The notes under the pieces: model-generated
Database searches by the model: none
Seen by the model: only the letters and a program-made list of their open reading frames with translations
Told to the model about the DNA's origin: nothing
Made by a program: the position numbers and the translations under genes
Part shown: positions 12,121 to 24,065 of the stretch, in pieces
Numbering within the stretch: position 1 is the stretch's first letter
How the letters are laid out: each line of letters begins with the position of its first letter
Source: a cyanobacterium endosymbiont of Rhopalodia gibba
GTDB taxonomy: Bacteria; Cyanobacteriota; Cyanobacteriia; Cyanobacteriales; Microcystaceae
NCBI GenBank assembly: GCA_045159875.1
Contig: CP067995.1
Span: forward strand, 544,001-608,000
DNA length: 64,000 nt
Direction of reading: 5' to 3'

Positions 12121-12588
12121 ATGGTTATTGAAATTGAGCGCAAATTTTTAGTCAAGGGAGATATTTGGCGCTCCTGGGGACAAGGAAAAATATATCGACA
12201 GGGATATATCCTAACCAAAAATGAGACTACCGTTCGGGTAAGAATTGTGGAAGATTGTGCTTTCTTAACATTTAAAGGAAAAACAAAAGGGTTTTCTAGA
12301 GAAGAATTTGAATATTCTATTCCTTTAGAAGATGCAGAAATAATGTTAAAAAATCTATGTGATCATCCTTTGATTCAAAAAATTAGATACCGAATACACT
12401 TGGGAAATTTAGTTTGGGAAGTGGATGAATTTCAAGGAGAAAATGAAGGATTAATTTTAGCGGAGGTAGAATTAAGTTCTGAGGACCAATATTTTGAGTT
12501 GCCAGCTTGGATTGGTGAAGAGATAACTCAAGATTTAAGATTTTATAATGTGAATTTAGCCAAACATCCTTATTTAATCTGGAAATAA
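12121..12588 (+). CDS. CYTH-domain protein (class IV adenylate cyclase/triphosphatase-like)
   Basis: EIERKFLV, EFEYSIP, WEVDEF, LAEVEL; ATG at 12121. Confidence 0.9.
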   Translation: MVIEIERKFLVKGDIWRSWGQGKIYRQGYILTKNETTVRVRIVEDCAFLTFKGKTKGFSREEFEYSIPLEDAEIMLKNLCDHPLIQKIRYRIHLGNLVWEVDEFQGENEGLILAEVELSSEDQYFELPAWIGEEITQDLRFYNVNLAKHPYLIWK

Positions 12589-12652
12589 ATTTTCATAACA
12601 AGTTGTTAGATATAATGCTATTAGCTGTTTACCGTTTTTTCTTATATCTCAA

Positions 12653-13597
12653 ATGAATCGTGAATCTGAGCTTATTTCTCTATCAACTATTCCAACTGCA
12701 CCAGCAGGATTTAAGTCTGGTTTTGTCGGAATTATTGGTCGTCCAAACGTGGGAAAATCAACTCTAATGAATCAATTAGTAGGGAAAGAAATTGCCATTA
12801 CTTCTCCTATATCCCAAACTACTCGTAACCGCTTAAGAGGAATTATAACCGCTGAAGAAGCACAAATGATTTTAATTGATACTCCAGGAATTCATAAACC
12901 TCACCATCAACTCGGAAAGATTCTAGTACAAAATGCTAAATTTGCAATTAACTCTGTTGATATTGTTCTCTTTATTGTTGACAGTTCTGTCCCAACAGGA
13001 GGAGGTGATCGCTATGTTGCTGAACTCTTAGGAACTTCTACTAATCCAGTTATTTTAGGACTTAACAAAACGGATCAACAACCCTCAGATTACCATCCTT
13101 TAGATAAAAGTTATTCAACTCTAGCTCAAGCTTATAACTGGCCAGTTATTAAGTTTTCAGCTTTAACTGGAGAAGGATTAGAGCCATTACAAAAGGCATT
13201 AATAAATCGTCTTGCTCCTGGTCCTTATTATTACCCACCAAATCTAGTCACTGATCAACCTGAAAACTTTATTATGGGGGAATTAATTCGAGAACAAGTC
13301 TTACAGAAAACTAGCCAAGAGATTCCTCATTCTGTTGCAGTTGTTATTGAAAAAATTAAAGAAACTTCTAATCTAACTTATGTTTTCGCTGCAATTAATG
13401 TAGAAAGGGACTCTCAAAAAGGGATTATTATTGGCAAAAAGGGGAATATGCTTAAAGCTATAGGAAGTGCTGCAAGAGAACAAATACAGAAACTAATCAT
13501 GGGAGAAGTCTATTTAAAACTTTTTGTAAAAGTAAAACCAAAATGGCGACAATCAAGTTTGTGTTTGTCAGAATTTGGTTATCGTCTTGAATCTTAA
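12653..13597 (+). CDS. era: GTPase Era
   Basis: GRPNVGKST, QTTR, DTPG, NKTD, EIPHS, KH motif IIIGKKG. Confidence 0.97.
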   Translation: MNRESELISLSTIPTAPAGFKSGFVGIIGRPNVGKSTLMNQLVGKEIAITSPISQTTRNRLRGIITAEEAQMILIDTPGIHKPHHQLGKILVQNAKFAINSVDIVLFIVDSSVPTGGGDRYVAELLGTSTNPVILGLNKTDQQPSDYHPLDKSYSTLAQAYNWPVIKFSALTGEGLEPLQKALINRLAPGPYYYPPNLVTDQPENFIMGELIREQVLQKTSQEIPHSVAVVIEKIKETSNLTYVFAAINVERDSQKGIIIGKKGNMLKAIGSAAREQIQKLIMGEVYLKLFVKVKPKWRQSSLCLSEFGYRLES

Positions 13598-14384
13598 ATC
13601 TTGTTTTTATTAAAAATTAAAAGTAATTAACAATTACATCTTTATTCCGATAGTTTTTTCTTAGCTGGTTTGAGTATGATAGCAAAAATTGTATCTATTT
13701 CCTCTAAAAGGAAATATGCTCCTGTCGCTATTGGACAAAATCTTATCAATAAAGAGTTCGTAAATTTAGTTGAAATCCTAACGTTATTTTAGAGCTTTTT
13801 CAAGGGTTACAATGTCGAATTAGTTCTCAAGTAAAAAAAAATATAAGTGATAGAATTCCTGTTTTTACTAGTTTTAACTATCTTTGTCAAAAAGAATTAA
13901 ATCCTTATAATGGTTTTGGGAGTTATTATCTACTTATTTATCAAACTTAGTCCAGAGTAGCCATTATTTTTATTGTTTTCGCTTCAATAAACTAGGAAAT
14001 TTAGAAGTGGGTGATACTCTCGAAGTATTAGTTATTAGATAGATACTTGGAATTTGGAATAGCATTAATTTTCATTAAAATAAACCTAAACTTAAAAAAA
14101 TTAATTATGAAGCACACAATGAAGAGGTAGTTATCTGAAAAAGAAGGAAATACATTTGTCTTAGTCATAGAGAATTTTACTTGACTTTCACAGGTGGAGG
14201 ATAAACAATAAAATATCAAAATTTTCGCTCTAATATCGTAGAAAAAACAATTAGTTTATTTGCGAAATATCCAAAGAAAGAGATGTCAGAATGTCCCGAT
14301 AAGATGATTGGGTTTGATCTGTCTTCAATTATTCTTTGTACAAAGGTGGTTTATTTATCTCTCTTTTAAACATAGTAAAAATTT

Positions 14385-14680
14385 GCTCTATCTACACCAA
14401 GCAGTTATTTTATTTTCAACCTTAAGAGCCGTCCTCTGGGAAAAGCGGTGACACGATGTATTCATATTTCCTGTCCAGCTATTTTACGGGGGGATGTCCT
14501 GATAGTGTCAGTAATATTGAATATGCTTGCCGCCATTTAAAAGTTATTGAATATTTTGTCCGGTTCCCTCCCCGCAACTAAATTTTAACTCGTGTTAGTA
14601 CCGCCAAAGAATTAGACTTTCTACAATAACCTTGGCCTTCTTTTGAGGTGAAATCCAATCTCCTGAAATATAGCTACACA
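14385..14680 (-). pseudogene. Unidentified degraded coding remnant
   Basis: GC-richer stretch that reads protein-like for about 100 codons with scattered stops (SGDWISPQK...HYQDIPP*NSWTGNMN...); family not recognised. Confidence 0.35.
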
Positions 14681-14804
14681 TTCAAGTCTGCATTTATATT
14701 TTAAGTTAATGACAACAGTTTTATCTTAATTAAAGAACGATCATATTTTAATTGTCCTTTACTGTTACTTTTTATTTACACATTAAATCTGCTTTTTCCC
14801 TAGG

Positions 14805-15575
14805 CTAAATTCACATATTCCCCGGGTTTAGGAGTCAAGACTTGAGTTTATAGTTTATCTCGTGCCGACATTTGTTGGAACTCTTCTATGGTTTTTTCTG
14901 TTCTGAATATAACCGTTAACACCCTTTCGTATCCTACATTTCCTTCAGCTGCTGCCGAGAGAATAACTCTGGGTTTCTAGCCACTAACAGAGTTCTAATG
15001 TGTTTTTTTATTATTGGAGAACGGGTAATAAGTAATAAATGAAGAATACTAGTTCCCAGGGGTAAATTGGTTTATCAATAGGGATTTAATCTTTCAAAAT
15101 GGAACTATGATAACCGTGAGGTTCGCAACAAAAACGATTTTGATTAACTGAATCCGTGAATTATATAGCAATTTTCTGTTAATTGAGGACTAATGGGAGA
15201 ATCAGAAACCGCTTTTACTTTAAAAGTGTCTTTGGAGGTGTGAGTTTTTCCACAGCAAAGAGATGTTACTTGAGTGTAACCTAGACCTTTGACCACTTTA
15301 GCTGCATTGGGAAATCTTACTACCCGAATATTAAAATCTGATTCCTTCAGGATCTAATTCCTTAAAAGCGGAGAGACGAGCATGGTCCTATAACCCCTGA
15401 GAAAGTAAAATTAAGTCAATGGGTTCCTCGATAGGATCGAACGTGGACTTTATTTCCTTAAACAACCACGCCAGGCCATTAGAGATAAAAAACACTAACA
15501 AAGAGCCGATAAGAATTTGTTTTCCAGCGATTTCTATTAACCTAAAATTGCTATCAAAGCAGGCAAGTTGAATAA
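14805..15575 (-). pseudogene. MBL-fold metallo-hydrolase pseudogene
   Basis: FDSNFRLIEIAGKQILI, IDLILLSQGL*DHA, PNAAKVVKGLGYTQV, EPHGYHS, TQVLTPKPG, with stops and frameshifts. Confidence 0.85.
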
Positions 15576-15646
15576 GGTTTGAATTTAAGCATTATATATC
15601 CCTTCTTAGGGTAAATATTTATTACTTGACTGACGACTGATTTTCA

Positions 15647-16318
15647 TCACTTTTTCTCGCCATGATTAAAAGGACAACCCGAGGTTAATTTCTGGAGAAA
15701 AGTACTATTATCAAAATAATGTTCAACTTCTATAATTTTTAAGTCATCTGTGACCCTAGCAATACTTAAACCCACAATTTCGATAGTTTGTCCTGTGGGT
15801 TGATGATCTTTATATGGACCATTAAATGTTCCCCAATGTCGCCACTTAAAAGTAACATTAGGTGGTCCTGATAACACTTCGGTTAATTCCCAGAGAAAGC
15901 CATTAGGAAAAGCCTTATGAAATAGTTCAAAAGAGGATTCGAAAGTTTCTTCTGTGGCACTATACTTTTCACTATTATTAATAAATAGATTGTAAGTTCC
16001 TTGAGCAGACACATTCTGGGCTGTATAAAACTGTCCGCCATTGCTACTCATCCGAAATTTATCAGTTACGATTGATAGCCATTGTTCAGGATTAGCTTTA
16101 TGAGAGGCTTCCATTTCGAAAGTTCTCACCAAGTTTTCAACAATTGCTTCTAATGACCCCTCAGGATGATTAAATTGACTTTCTACTCTGAGAAATTGAT
16201 CAGTGTAGGAATAATCTGGGCGTTCGCCGTCGCGCCATTGCACCCCTTCATCATTAGCAATCACTTTGTCGCGACTTTGTACCCAAAGTGGTAATTTAGC
16301 TGAGTCATCGTAATCCAT
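15647..16318 (-). CDS. SnoaL/NTF2-like 'pathogenesis-related protein' family
   Basis: ENLVRTFEMEASHK, GTYN, WELTEVLSGPPNVTFKWRHWG. Confidence 0.8.
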   Translation of the reverse strand: MDYDDSAKLPLWVQSRDKVIANDEGVQWRDGERPDYSYTDQFLRVESQFNHPEGSLEAIVENLVRTFEMEASHKANPEQWLSIVTDKFRMSSNGGQFYTAQNVSAQGTYNLFINNSEKYSATEETFESSFELFHKAFPNGFLWELTEVLSGPPNVTFKWRHWGTFNGPYKDHQPTGQTIEIVGLSIARVTDDLKIIEVEHYFDNSTFLQKLTSGCPFNHGEKK

Positions 16319-16762
16319 TTAACTTTTCCTAATCGTATAATTTTAAGTTGAAACTCTCCTCTAAAAGTTTATTAGAAAGGCCATATGGTAATTATTAATT
16401 TTAGGTTAAGATCTTTGTGTAAAAAAATTAACATTTTTTTGATTCTTAAATCGTGTATTAAAACACTAAGTTTGTTAGTCACAAAAATTAACTTTGTCGG
16501 TTACTTAACGAATTGCAACTGATTTCTCCTCAAAATTAAAGCTGTAAGTAACCTACCCTACGAAATATATTTTTTTATCACTATACAAACGAGAAATCTG
16601 TAAAATTAACACATATGTACAGTTGGTAAATGTGTCAGTTTTAAATTTATAGAATCCTATGGTTTTCTAGTAATGATTCTTTATGGGAAATCACTACTAA
16701 CGATTACGAATCGTCACATATATAATAAAACTTATACATTTGAGTATTAATTTCCATCGGTT

Positions 16763-16852
16763 ATGGTCAGTCTTGAATTTTCTTGGCTTACAGTCATTAT
16801 CTTGATTTCCCTACTGGCAGCTTTAGCCATCCCCTATCATGCCTGATAAATA
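16763..16852 (+). pseudogene. ndhD: N-terminal remnant of NDH-1 subunit 4 (NdhD2-like)
   Basis: MVSLEFSWLTVIILISLLAALAIP, frameshift, IMPDK*; resembles the NdhD N-terminus FPWLT...IPDK; remainder absent. Confidence 0.7.
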
Positions 16853-17791
16853 AATAATTTTCAGGTTAATAGTAAAATCTGATATTTTTCGCTTTTTCAA
16901 TTTTATTAGCTGGATTTTTAGGCAGTTTGATATCTAACGATCGCTTTTTGTTCAACATTTTTCTACTTTATACTTAGTTTAAGCCCATATACCTGAATAT
17001 CACTTAGATACTCAGATGAAGTTTTAAACTCTTTGAGCATAACAATTAATTAATATCACAAGCTAAGAACAATACTTAGCTTGTTTTCCGTTTAAACTAA
17101 CTAAAACTAACATTGGAATTTAAGATAATGCAATTACCTCCATTCTCTGGATCTGGGAATTGGCACTGAAAAGGAACCAGAGATATGTAATTAAGTCCAC
17201 CAGGGTCAGAAGACAAGTTATTTTCTGCCTGTTTCTGGGTTATAAAATAACGGTTACTGTCAAGACAATACCCGTCCAGAACAATGTTTTACTTCGAGCA
17301 GGACACAGTCCAAAAAGTTTCATTGTTTAAGTCTCCTATTGTTTAACCCACTTAGAACATTCCCATTCTTTGGTAATAACATTCACTCCATACTAATTCT
17401 ATTTGAAATAAAATCCACTGTATCTGAAATTATGTTTAAGAAATTATAGAATATTTATTATTTAACAAAGCTTATCTTCTAGAAGCTAGTTTTATTTCCA
17501 TAGATAATCTTGGTGTCATGACAAAGTAACAGAGAGGTAGATACAAAATTAAAGCTTCTAAATTTTTTCTCTATTTCAACTCAGAAAACCCTAGCTAAGA
17601 TAATTATAGATTCAATTTAATGATATTAATTTAGTTAAGAAACTAAAACTATGAGCTTAGAAATTTTAAATGCAATCTAAAAAAACGAATATTTTTACTA
17701 GAGAATAATACAAGATTAATGTATAAAGTATTTAAAGACTACAAAAAACTGATAAAAAATAGGTAATCAGTAAATTTTTTATAACTTCAAC

Positions 17792-20131
17792 ATGACTATT
17801 TTGTTAGACTTAGACCTTTCAGAAAAACTACAACAACTCCGCAATAGTTTGCGCCCCGGGCAAAAACAGTTAGCAGATTGGGAAAGGGGAGAAATGGCAA
17901 TATCTGCCGTTCCTGGAGCAGGTAAATCTCATAGTTTGGCAGTAGCGGCGACTATCATTATCGGACGCTATAAATTACACTCTAAAAAACAACTTATCAT
18001 CGTTACTTATACCCGTTCTGCGACGGCTGGCATTAAAGCTAAAATTAAAAAATATTTGAAGAAATTACAATTATCTCAAACAGGTTTTACGGTACAAACT
18101 TTACATAGTTTAGCACTTAATATTGCTAGTCGCAATCCTCAGTTATCTCAGCTCAACTTAGACACCGCTACCATTGTTGTTCCTACTCCCAGTCATCGTA
18201 TTATTCGGACTTCCGTAGAAGAGTGGATTAATGCTAACCCTGACCACTATCAAATTTTATTACAAGGATTCCAATTTGATGGAGAAGAAACAGAAAAACT
18301 ACGTCGTCAATCGGTATTACGTACTGAAGTTTTACCTAAACTAGCTCACGTTATTATCCGTGAAGCTAAAAGTTCAGGATTTTCTCCCCAAGAGGTAGCA
18401 CGATTCAGTGAATACTCGGCAGATCATTACAATATTTTAGGAATAGGAGCGGGATTATATAAACAGTATGAAAAAGTGATGCAATCACTCGATTTTATTG
18501 ATTATGACGACATAACCTTAGCATCTTTACGGGCTTTAGAAAATACAAATATTCGTAATCGTTGGCAACAAGAAACTTTTGCCGTTTTTGAAGATGAAGC
18601 TCAAGATTCTAGCCCCCTTCAAGAAAAATTAATTAACTTATTAGCTCAAGATTCCAACCATTCTGACAATCCCCCCAATTTAATTCGAGTCGGTGATCCT
18701 AATCAAGCGATTAATTCTACTTTTACTCCTGCTGATCCTGTTTATTTTAATCGGTTTTGTAAACACTGTGAAGATCAAAATAATTTAGCCATTATGAATC
18801 AAGCTGGACGTAGCAGTAAAGTTATTATTGATGCAGCTAACTTTACTCTAAGGTGGGTTAATAGTCAATGGATCAATAAAATAAAAAATAGTCAAAAAAT
18901 TGAGTCAAATAAAACCTCTTTTGATTTAACTAAAGAACATATCCCTTTTCGTCAACAGGATATTCATATAGTAAAAAAAAATGATCTTCAGCTTAACCCT
19001 AAATCTGTGGGAAAAGGGTTAGAAATTTATACACCAAAAGATATATATACAACCGTTAAATTAATAGAGAAAAGAGTTATCAAACTTTTTGAAAACAACC
19101 CTGAACATAGTTCAGCTATTTTAGTCAGAGAAAACCGTCAAAGTCGATTTTTAGTAGAAAATCTAGCTCATTTAAGCAAAGCTCACGGAATTAAAATATA
19201 TGAAGTGGGAGAAGTAGAGCGATTCTCTAAAATTCCTGAAGAAATACTTAAAATACTACGATTCATTGATCGTCCTCATTCCGCAGAATATTTAAAATCA
19301 GCCTTAGAAATTTTAGAAAAACGAGATTTAATTGCGACCCAAGATCTCAATACATTAGTTACCTATCCCGAAAATTTTCTTTATCCTAATCCCTTAATTA
19401 AGGAACAAAAACAAGAAGTATTACAAGCGCGTCATTACTGTTGTAATCTTTTACGGGCCAAATTAGAGTTACCATCCTACCAACTGATCCCATTTTTAGG
19501 AATGACTCTTAAATATACAGGCTCAGAATTAGCTACAGTTCAAAAACTTTCTGATCGCATTAACCGACAAATCATAGAGAATAATTCCTTAAAAGCAACC
19601 ATCAAAACCCTTCAAGAAATTGTTAGTGTTGAAGGATTTGAAGGAGTAGAAGAAGACAATGAGGAGCGTTATACCAAAGCTAACCAATTGACAATCATTA
19701 CTATGCACAAAGCCAAAGGATTAGATTGGGATTATGTTTTTATTCCTTTCCTACATAAAGATGTTTTACCTGGTAATCCTTGGGTTCCTACTGCGGCTAA
19801 ATTTTTAGGAGATTTTGCTTTTGCAGAAGTCGCCCGCGCTCAAATCCGAGCAGTAGTCCACAGCCAACATATCACCCAGGGATTAATCAGGGAAATACCT
19901 GAACCTAAGAAAGCTTGGGAAGAAGCGGCACAACTAAAAAAAGCTGAGGAATATCGCTTACTTTATGTAGCAATGACAAGAGCAAAACGCTTATTATGGA
20001 TGTCTGCTGCTCATTTGGGACCCTTTCGTTGGAATGTTTTTCAAGGGAATAAAACAATCAATCTACAACCCAAAATTCCTTGTCCCATTATACCAATTTT
20101 GAAGGAACAATTTCCTGAGTCAATTATGTAG
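17792..20131 (+). CDS. UvrD/REP-family ATP-dependent helicase
   Basis: AVPGAGKS, DEAQD, VGDPNQAI, TMHKAKGLDW, EEYRLLYVAMTRAK. Confidence 0.92.
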   Translation: MTILLDLDLSEKLQQLRNSLRPGQKQLADWERGEMAISAVPGAGKSHSLAVAATIIIGRYKLHSKKQLIIVTYTRSATAGIKAKIKKYLKKLQLSQTGFTVQTLHSLALNIASRNPQLSQLNLDTATIVVPTPSHRIIRTSVEEWINANPDHYQILLQGFQFDGEETEKLRRQSVLRTEVLPKLAHVIIREAKSSGFSPQEVARFSEYSADHYNILGIGAGLYKQYEKVMQSLDFIDYDDITLASLRALENTNIRNRWQQETFAVFEDEAQDSSPLQEKLINLLAQDSNHSDNPPNLIRVGDPNQAINSTFTPADPVYFNRFCKHCEDQNNLAIMNQAGRSSKVIIDAANFTLRWVNSQWINKIKNSQKIESNKTSFDLTKEHIPFRQQDIHIVKKNDLQLNPKSVGKGLEIYTPKDIYTTVKLIEKRVIKLFENNPEHSSAILVRENRQSRFLVENLAHLSKAHGIKIYEVGEVERFSKIPEEILKILRFIDRPHSAEYLKSALEILEKRDLIATQDLNTLVTYPENFLYPNPLIKEQKQEVLQARHYCCNLLRAKLELPSYQLIPFLGMTLKYTGSELATVQKLSDRINRQIIENNSLKATIKTLQEIVSVEGFEGVEEDNEERYTKANQLTIITMHKAKGLDWDYVFIPFLHKDVLPGNPWVPTAAKFLGDFAFAEVARAQIRAVVHSQHITQGLIREIPEPKKAWEEAAQLKKAEEYRLLYVAMTRAKRLLWMSAAHLGPFRWNVFQGNKTINLQPKIPCPIIPILKEQFPESIM

Positions 20132-20244
20132 ATATTTACCAAGTTTAGATTCTTTACATCTATCAACCATTATGATGCTCAAATTGTCTATAGCTCTACA
20201 CAAATACGTTAAGATATTTCTTGGGAAGCAGAAATTATAAGGAT

Positions 20245-21336
20245 TTATTTAGGTTCTGAGAGGGTGCTCGCTTGTCCTTGAGCCTGCAATTTAGGAATTA
20301 AATAAAGATTTTGCAGTAAAACTCCTGCACCAGCTACCCAAGGAGGAACAATTAATGCCCCCAAAATTCCCAGAATTTGAACTCCACTCAAGACCGCCAA
20401 TAATTGGTATAAAGGAGAAACATTTACCGAAGATCCCACTAACAAAGGATCAAGCACATAGGTTTCCAGATTTTGAATAAATAAAAATAGCAACAGAACC
20501 CAAAGAAACACCCACCCCCCTTGAGCGATTGCTACAATTAAGGCAGGAATTGAGCCTAAGACTGGACCGAAAAAAGGGATTAAATTAGTAATTCCAGCAA
20601 TAGTTCCTAAACCTAGAGCAAACTCGGAAATCCCTAGGAATCTTAGTCCTAAACTAATAGCTGACCCCAAAATAAATGAGATTAAAAGCCTCCCTTGAAT
20701 ATAACCTCCCATCCGTTGACTAATCGGAACTACCTGAGCTTCTAAACGTTTATCCCAAGGGTGGGGAAATAAATTGACAATGCCCCCAATTAATTTTTTT
20801 GACCCTGATAACATATAACCCGAGAGCAACACGGCTAGAATTACGTTGAAAACTCCCCCCAAAATGCCTCGCGTAACACCACCCACACCGATGAGGAATT
20901 TTTGACTGTAGCTCAATGTCCAAGAAACTAGAGACTGAAGATCTAACAGTTGGTTAATGAAGTCGAGAACTTCAGGTTGAGTAAAACCCCGTATAGTAGC
21001 CCAATTTTGGAATTCCGTGCCTAAAATATCTAAATATCCAGGTAATTTCTGTAATAAACGTTGAATTTGGGCGATAATTGTTGGACCTAGGATTAAACTA
21101 ATCCCAGTTATCAAGGTTAATAAGCCTAAATAGACAATAATCACAGCTAGCCAGGGGGGAATCCCTCGTTTTTCCCAACTTTTTACCAAAGGAGCTAGAG
21201 TAGAAGCAATAACTACAGCGATCATCAAAATTACCAAAAGATTTCGCAGTTGCCATAGTATGGTCAATAGAAAACCAGATCCTACTAGCATTAGTAAGCT
21301 AGACGGAGAGATAGAAATTAGTCGCTTAGGTATCAT
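20245..21336 (-). CDS. AI-2E family transporter (PerM-like)
   Basis: Multi-TM; NLIPFFGP, QNLETYVLDP, LGILGALIVPP. Confidence 0.9.
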   Translation of the reverse strand: MIPKRLISISPSSLLMLVGSGFLLTILWQLRNLLVILMIAVVIASTLAPLVKSWEKRGIPPWLAVIIVYLGLLTLITGISLILGPTIIAQIQRLLQKLPGYLDILGTEFQNWATIRGFTQPEVLDFINQLLDLQSLVSWTLSYSQKFLIGVGGVTRGILGGVFNVILAVLLSGYMLSGSKKLIGGIVNLFPHPWDKRLEAQVVPISQRMGGYIQGRLLISFILGSAISLGLRFLGISEFALGLGTIAGITNLIPFFGPVLGSIPALIVAIAQGGWVFLWVLLLFLFIQNLETYVLDPLLVGSSVNVSPLYQLLAVLSGVQILGILGALIVPPWVAGAGVLLQNLYLIPKLQAQGQASTLSEPK

Positions 21337-22800
21337 AGTTTTATTAAACTCAAATTGGTTTATAAGAAGCTAGTTAGGGATTCCAAGCCACGACTATGGA
21401 TAATCTCGCCATAATTATCTCATTGTTGTTGTGACCAGTAATGGTTTTCCGTCGTTGCTTCTTGAGTTTTTTCTATAAACCGACGGCGAATTCGTTACGT
21501 TAATATTTAGTCTATTATCTAGAGATAAATATTTTATCATCTAGCCACTTTACATGAACTACATTACCAATTAAAGGAGTTATAACAGCCGTGTCTTTCA
21601 ACCATTGCTGTGCTTCTTGGTACTTAATAAAATAAGGAAGCATTCCATAGGCTTTATTTCTTATCTAAAACAATTCTCCTCCTACTCTAAATTGAGTGAT
21701 TATCATTTACAGTATTAGCTGGATGATGGATGAACATAATAAAGACACTTTAACAGGTTTTTAAGATTAGATAAACTGACTAATTGTTTAATAACTGATA
21801 GAAGGGCTGCCTTTTCCAATCCTTACATTGTCAATATTAATCAGATAGTCTCATTTATGGTACAAAGAGCCTAAGGTTAAAAGACTATGAAAAAAATAAC
21901 CGATAGATATAGATGGTTGGTATTAAAAGAAGTTGAAACAATCTCGTATTAATTATTTAATCTAAAATCTTTTTAAATTTCATTATTAGTTACTGTCGCT
22001 ATTTACTGTCATTGAAAATATTTAGTTTTTAATTTCTCTATAATAGACTCATAAATATTGTTAAGAGAACGGCAACGGCTCCCTGTTTAACTGTAATATT
22101 AAGGGTTTGCCCATTCACCTAATTTTTTAGTCTTATAAATAACCTGAAAAACGCCTGAATTAATTTTAGCCGCTGCTATCATTGACTTTGTTTTAAACTT
22201 TTGATTTTCTAGACTATTAAAATTTTTAAGTTCTTTTCTGTTCTCATTTTCCATAAGTAGTCTCTGGTTGTATCTGAGCATAACAATTGTCCTTGATATA
22301 ATTGAACTCTTTTTCTAGATTCACACAACGATTGTTTATCTTGATCAATTCTGGCAGTAAAAAATTTATTAATGCTATTTGCAATTGATACCAAGAAATA
22401 GAAAGGTGGCTTCCCTCATACTGATTCAAACAAGTTTTAAAGTCTAAATAAATCTTACTAATAATTTCTCCTTAAAGGTTTTTAAAATATCAGGTTTTTT
22501 TTAGGTTGAGATTTTCTACTTGATAGAATTTACAAATTTTATCGATAACTCAAATATTATTTACACCCAGTTTTTATAAACTAATAGCTGTTGCTGATCT
22601 CACGGGTACAAATATGAATAATTAAAACATCATAAATTTTTTCTAATTAAGTATTAGACTTTAAAGTCATATTGATTACTCCCAATTATTTTAGACAGTG
22701 AGATAACTTTTTTAACAGACGGATTTTCTAATAAGATAAAAAAGTTTATTTTTAACTTGAATATTCCTATCTTTCTCCTCATTTTAATTATCAATTCTTA

Positions 22801-23349
22801 TTAGTTATCAATTTTTACGGCTCCAGCACGGCAATCTCGTAACCATAAACGAATACCTTGCCCAATTGGCCCATTACTAGCGTCTTCAGGAGGGAGGGGA
22901 AGACCTCCGTCATTAAGAGACGCTAATTGGGAGAATAATATCACTGATCGCCATCCTTTCTCTGTTTGAGTTAGAAATAGCCAATAATAATTTTCTAGAT
23001 TAACCAGACTTTCTTCGCCATATTGGCGTTCTAAGGTGGTAAAAAAGACTTGTTGAGCTGTATCTTCAAGAACAGGTTGATATTGCAGATTAGTCAGGGG
23101 TAACGGCTCAAATTCTGGCCTCCCTGCTACTAAAATATATAAGGATGAAGGAAAAGGGCGAGCACGTAATCTTTCTCGTTGAATCACCCTGTTGGCATAA
23201 CTGGGTAAATCTTTCAACATCAACTCAGTCAACCTTTGGAGATCGGATGGGCAAGAGGTTGACTTAGGACTGTTCTGAGAATAAACCTCTGATAATTGGC
23301 TTAAACAACCTACTGTCATCGACAGTCCTATCAATGTTTGTTTTATCAT
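22801..23349 (-). CDS. Conserved exported cyanobacterial hypothetical protein
   Basis: Signal peptide; [31 protein letters not shown] overlaps the pyrF stop (ATGA). Confidence 0.75.
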   Translation of the reverse strand: MIKQTLIGLSMTVGCLSQLSEVYSQNSPKSTSCPSDLQRLTELMLKDLPSYANRVIQRERLRARPFPSSLYILVAGRPEFEPLPLTNLQYQPVLEDTAQQVFFTTLERQYGEESLVNLENYYWLFLTQTEKGWRSVILFSQLASLNDGGLPLPPEDASNGPIGQGIRLWLRDCRAGAVKIDN

Positions 23350-24065
23350 ACCATTTCTAATTCTTCGCAAATTTTCTCCCATGCTGCTATTGGATCATTT
23401 GCCATTGTAATAGGACGGCCAATAACTAAATAATCTGCCCCCGCTTTTATTGCCTCCGAAGGAGTCATTACCCTTCGCTGATCTCCATTATCAAACCAAC
23501 TTGGTCGTATCCCTGGACAAACCAGCAAAAAATCGTCCCCACATATCTGCCGTAGTTGACTCACTTCCCTAGGAGAACACACTGCTCCATTGGCACCAAA
23601 TTTTTGAGCAAAAATAGTCATTTGTAGGATATATTTTGGTAGATCTAGGGAAACTTTGAGGTCAAAAGCTAACTCTCGTGAATTTAAACTAGTCAGCAAA
23701 GTTATAGCTAATAATTGGGGACGAGATGCAGTATTACTAATAGCCTTTGTAGCTGCTTGTAGGGCGGTTTGTCCGGCTGTGGCATGGAGGGTAAGAAAAT
23801 CCACCCCATATTCACTAGCACTACGACAAGCTCCCGCTACAGTGTTAGGAATATCATGGAATTTGAGGTCTAGAAAAATGCGTTTTTTTCGTTCTTTGAG
23901 AATAGTCAGAATATTTGGTCCAGTAGCTGTAAACAATTCTAGTCCTACTTTCCAAAAACTGACTTGAGGCAACTTATCTAAAAGCGTGATCGCCTCAGTT
24001 AAATTGGGAACATCTAGGGAAACAATAACCTGATTAGCCAGTGACATTATGTTAGATGACGTCAA
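23346..24065 (-). CDS. pyrF: Orotidine-5'-phosphate decarboxylase
   Basis: [33 protein letters not shown]; the real start may be ATG 24047. Confidence 0.97.
   Translation of the reverse strand: MTSSNIMSLANQVIVSLDVPNLTEAITLLDKLPQVSFWKVGLELFTATGPNILTILKERKKRIFLDLKFHDIPNTVAGACRSASEYGVDFLTLHATAGQTALQAATKAISNTASRPQLLAITLLTSLNSRELAFDLKVSLDLPKYILQMTIFAQKFGANGAVCSPREVSQLRQICGDDFLLVCPGIRPSWFDNGDQRRVMTPSEAIKAGADYLVIGRPITMANDPIAAWEKICEELEMV

Noticed and set aside
14028..14219. 63-aa minus-strand ORF
   Set aside because: Non-ATG start, composition typical of AT-rich noise
2080..15645. Shared 16-mer ctgacgactgattttc at 2080 and 15630
   Set aside because: A few matches of this length are expected by chance in 64 kb of AT-rich DNA; the flanks differ
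21370..22430. Coding-like remnants and three short overlapping ORFs
   Set aside because: Probably pseudogene debris, but I could not assign a family, so no call is made
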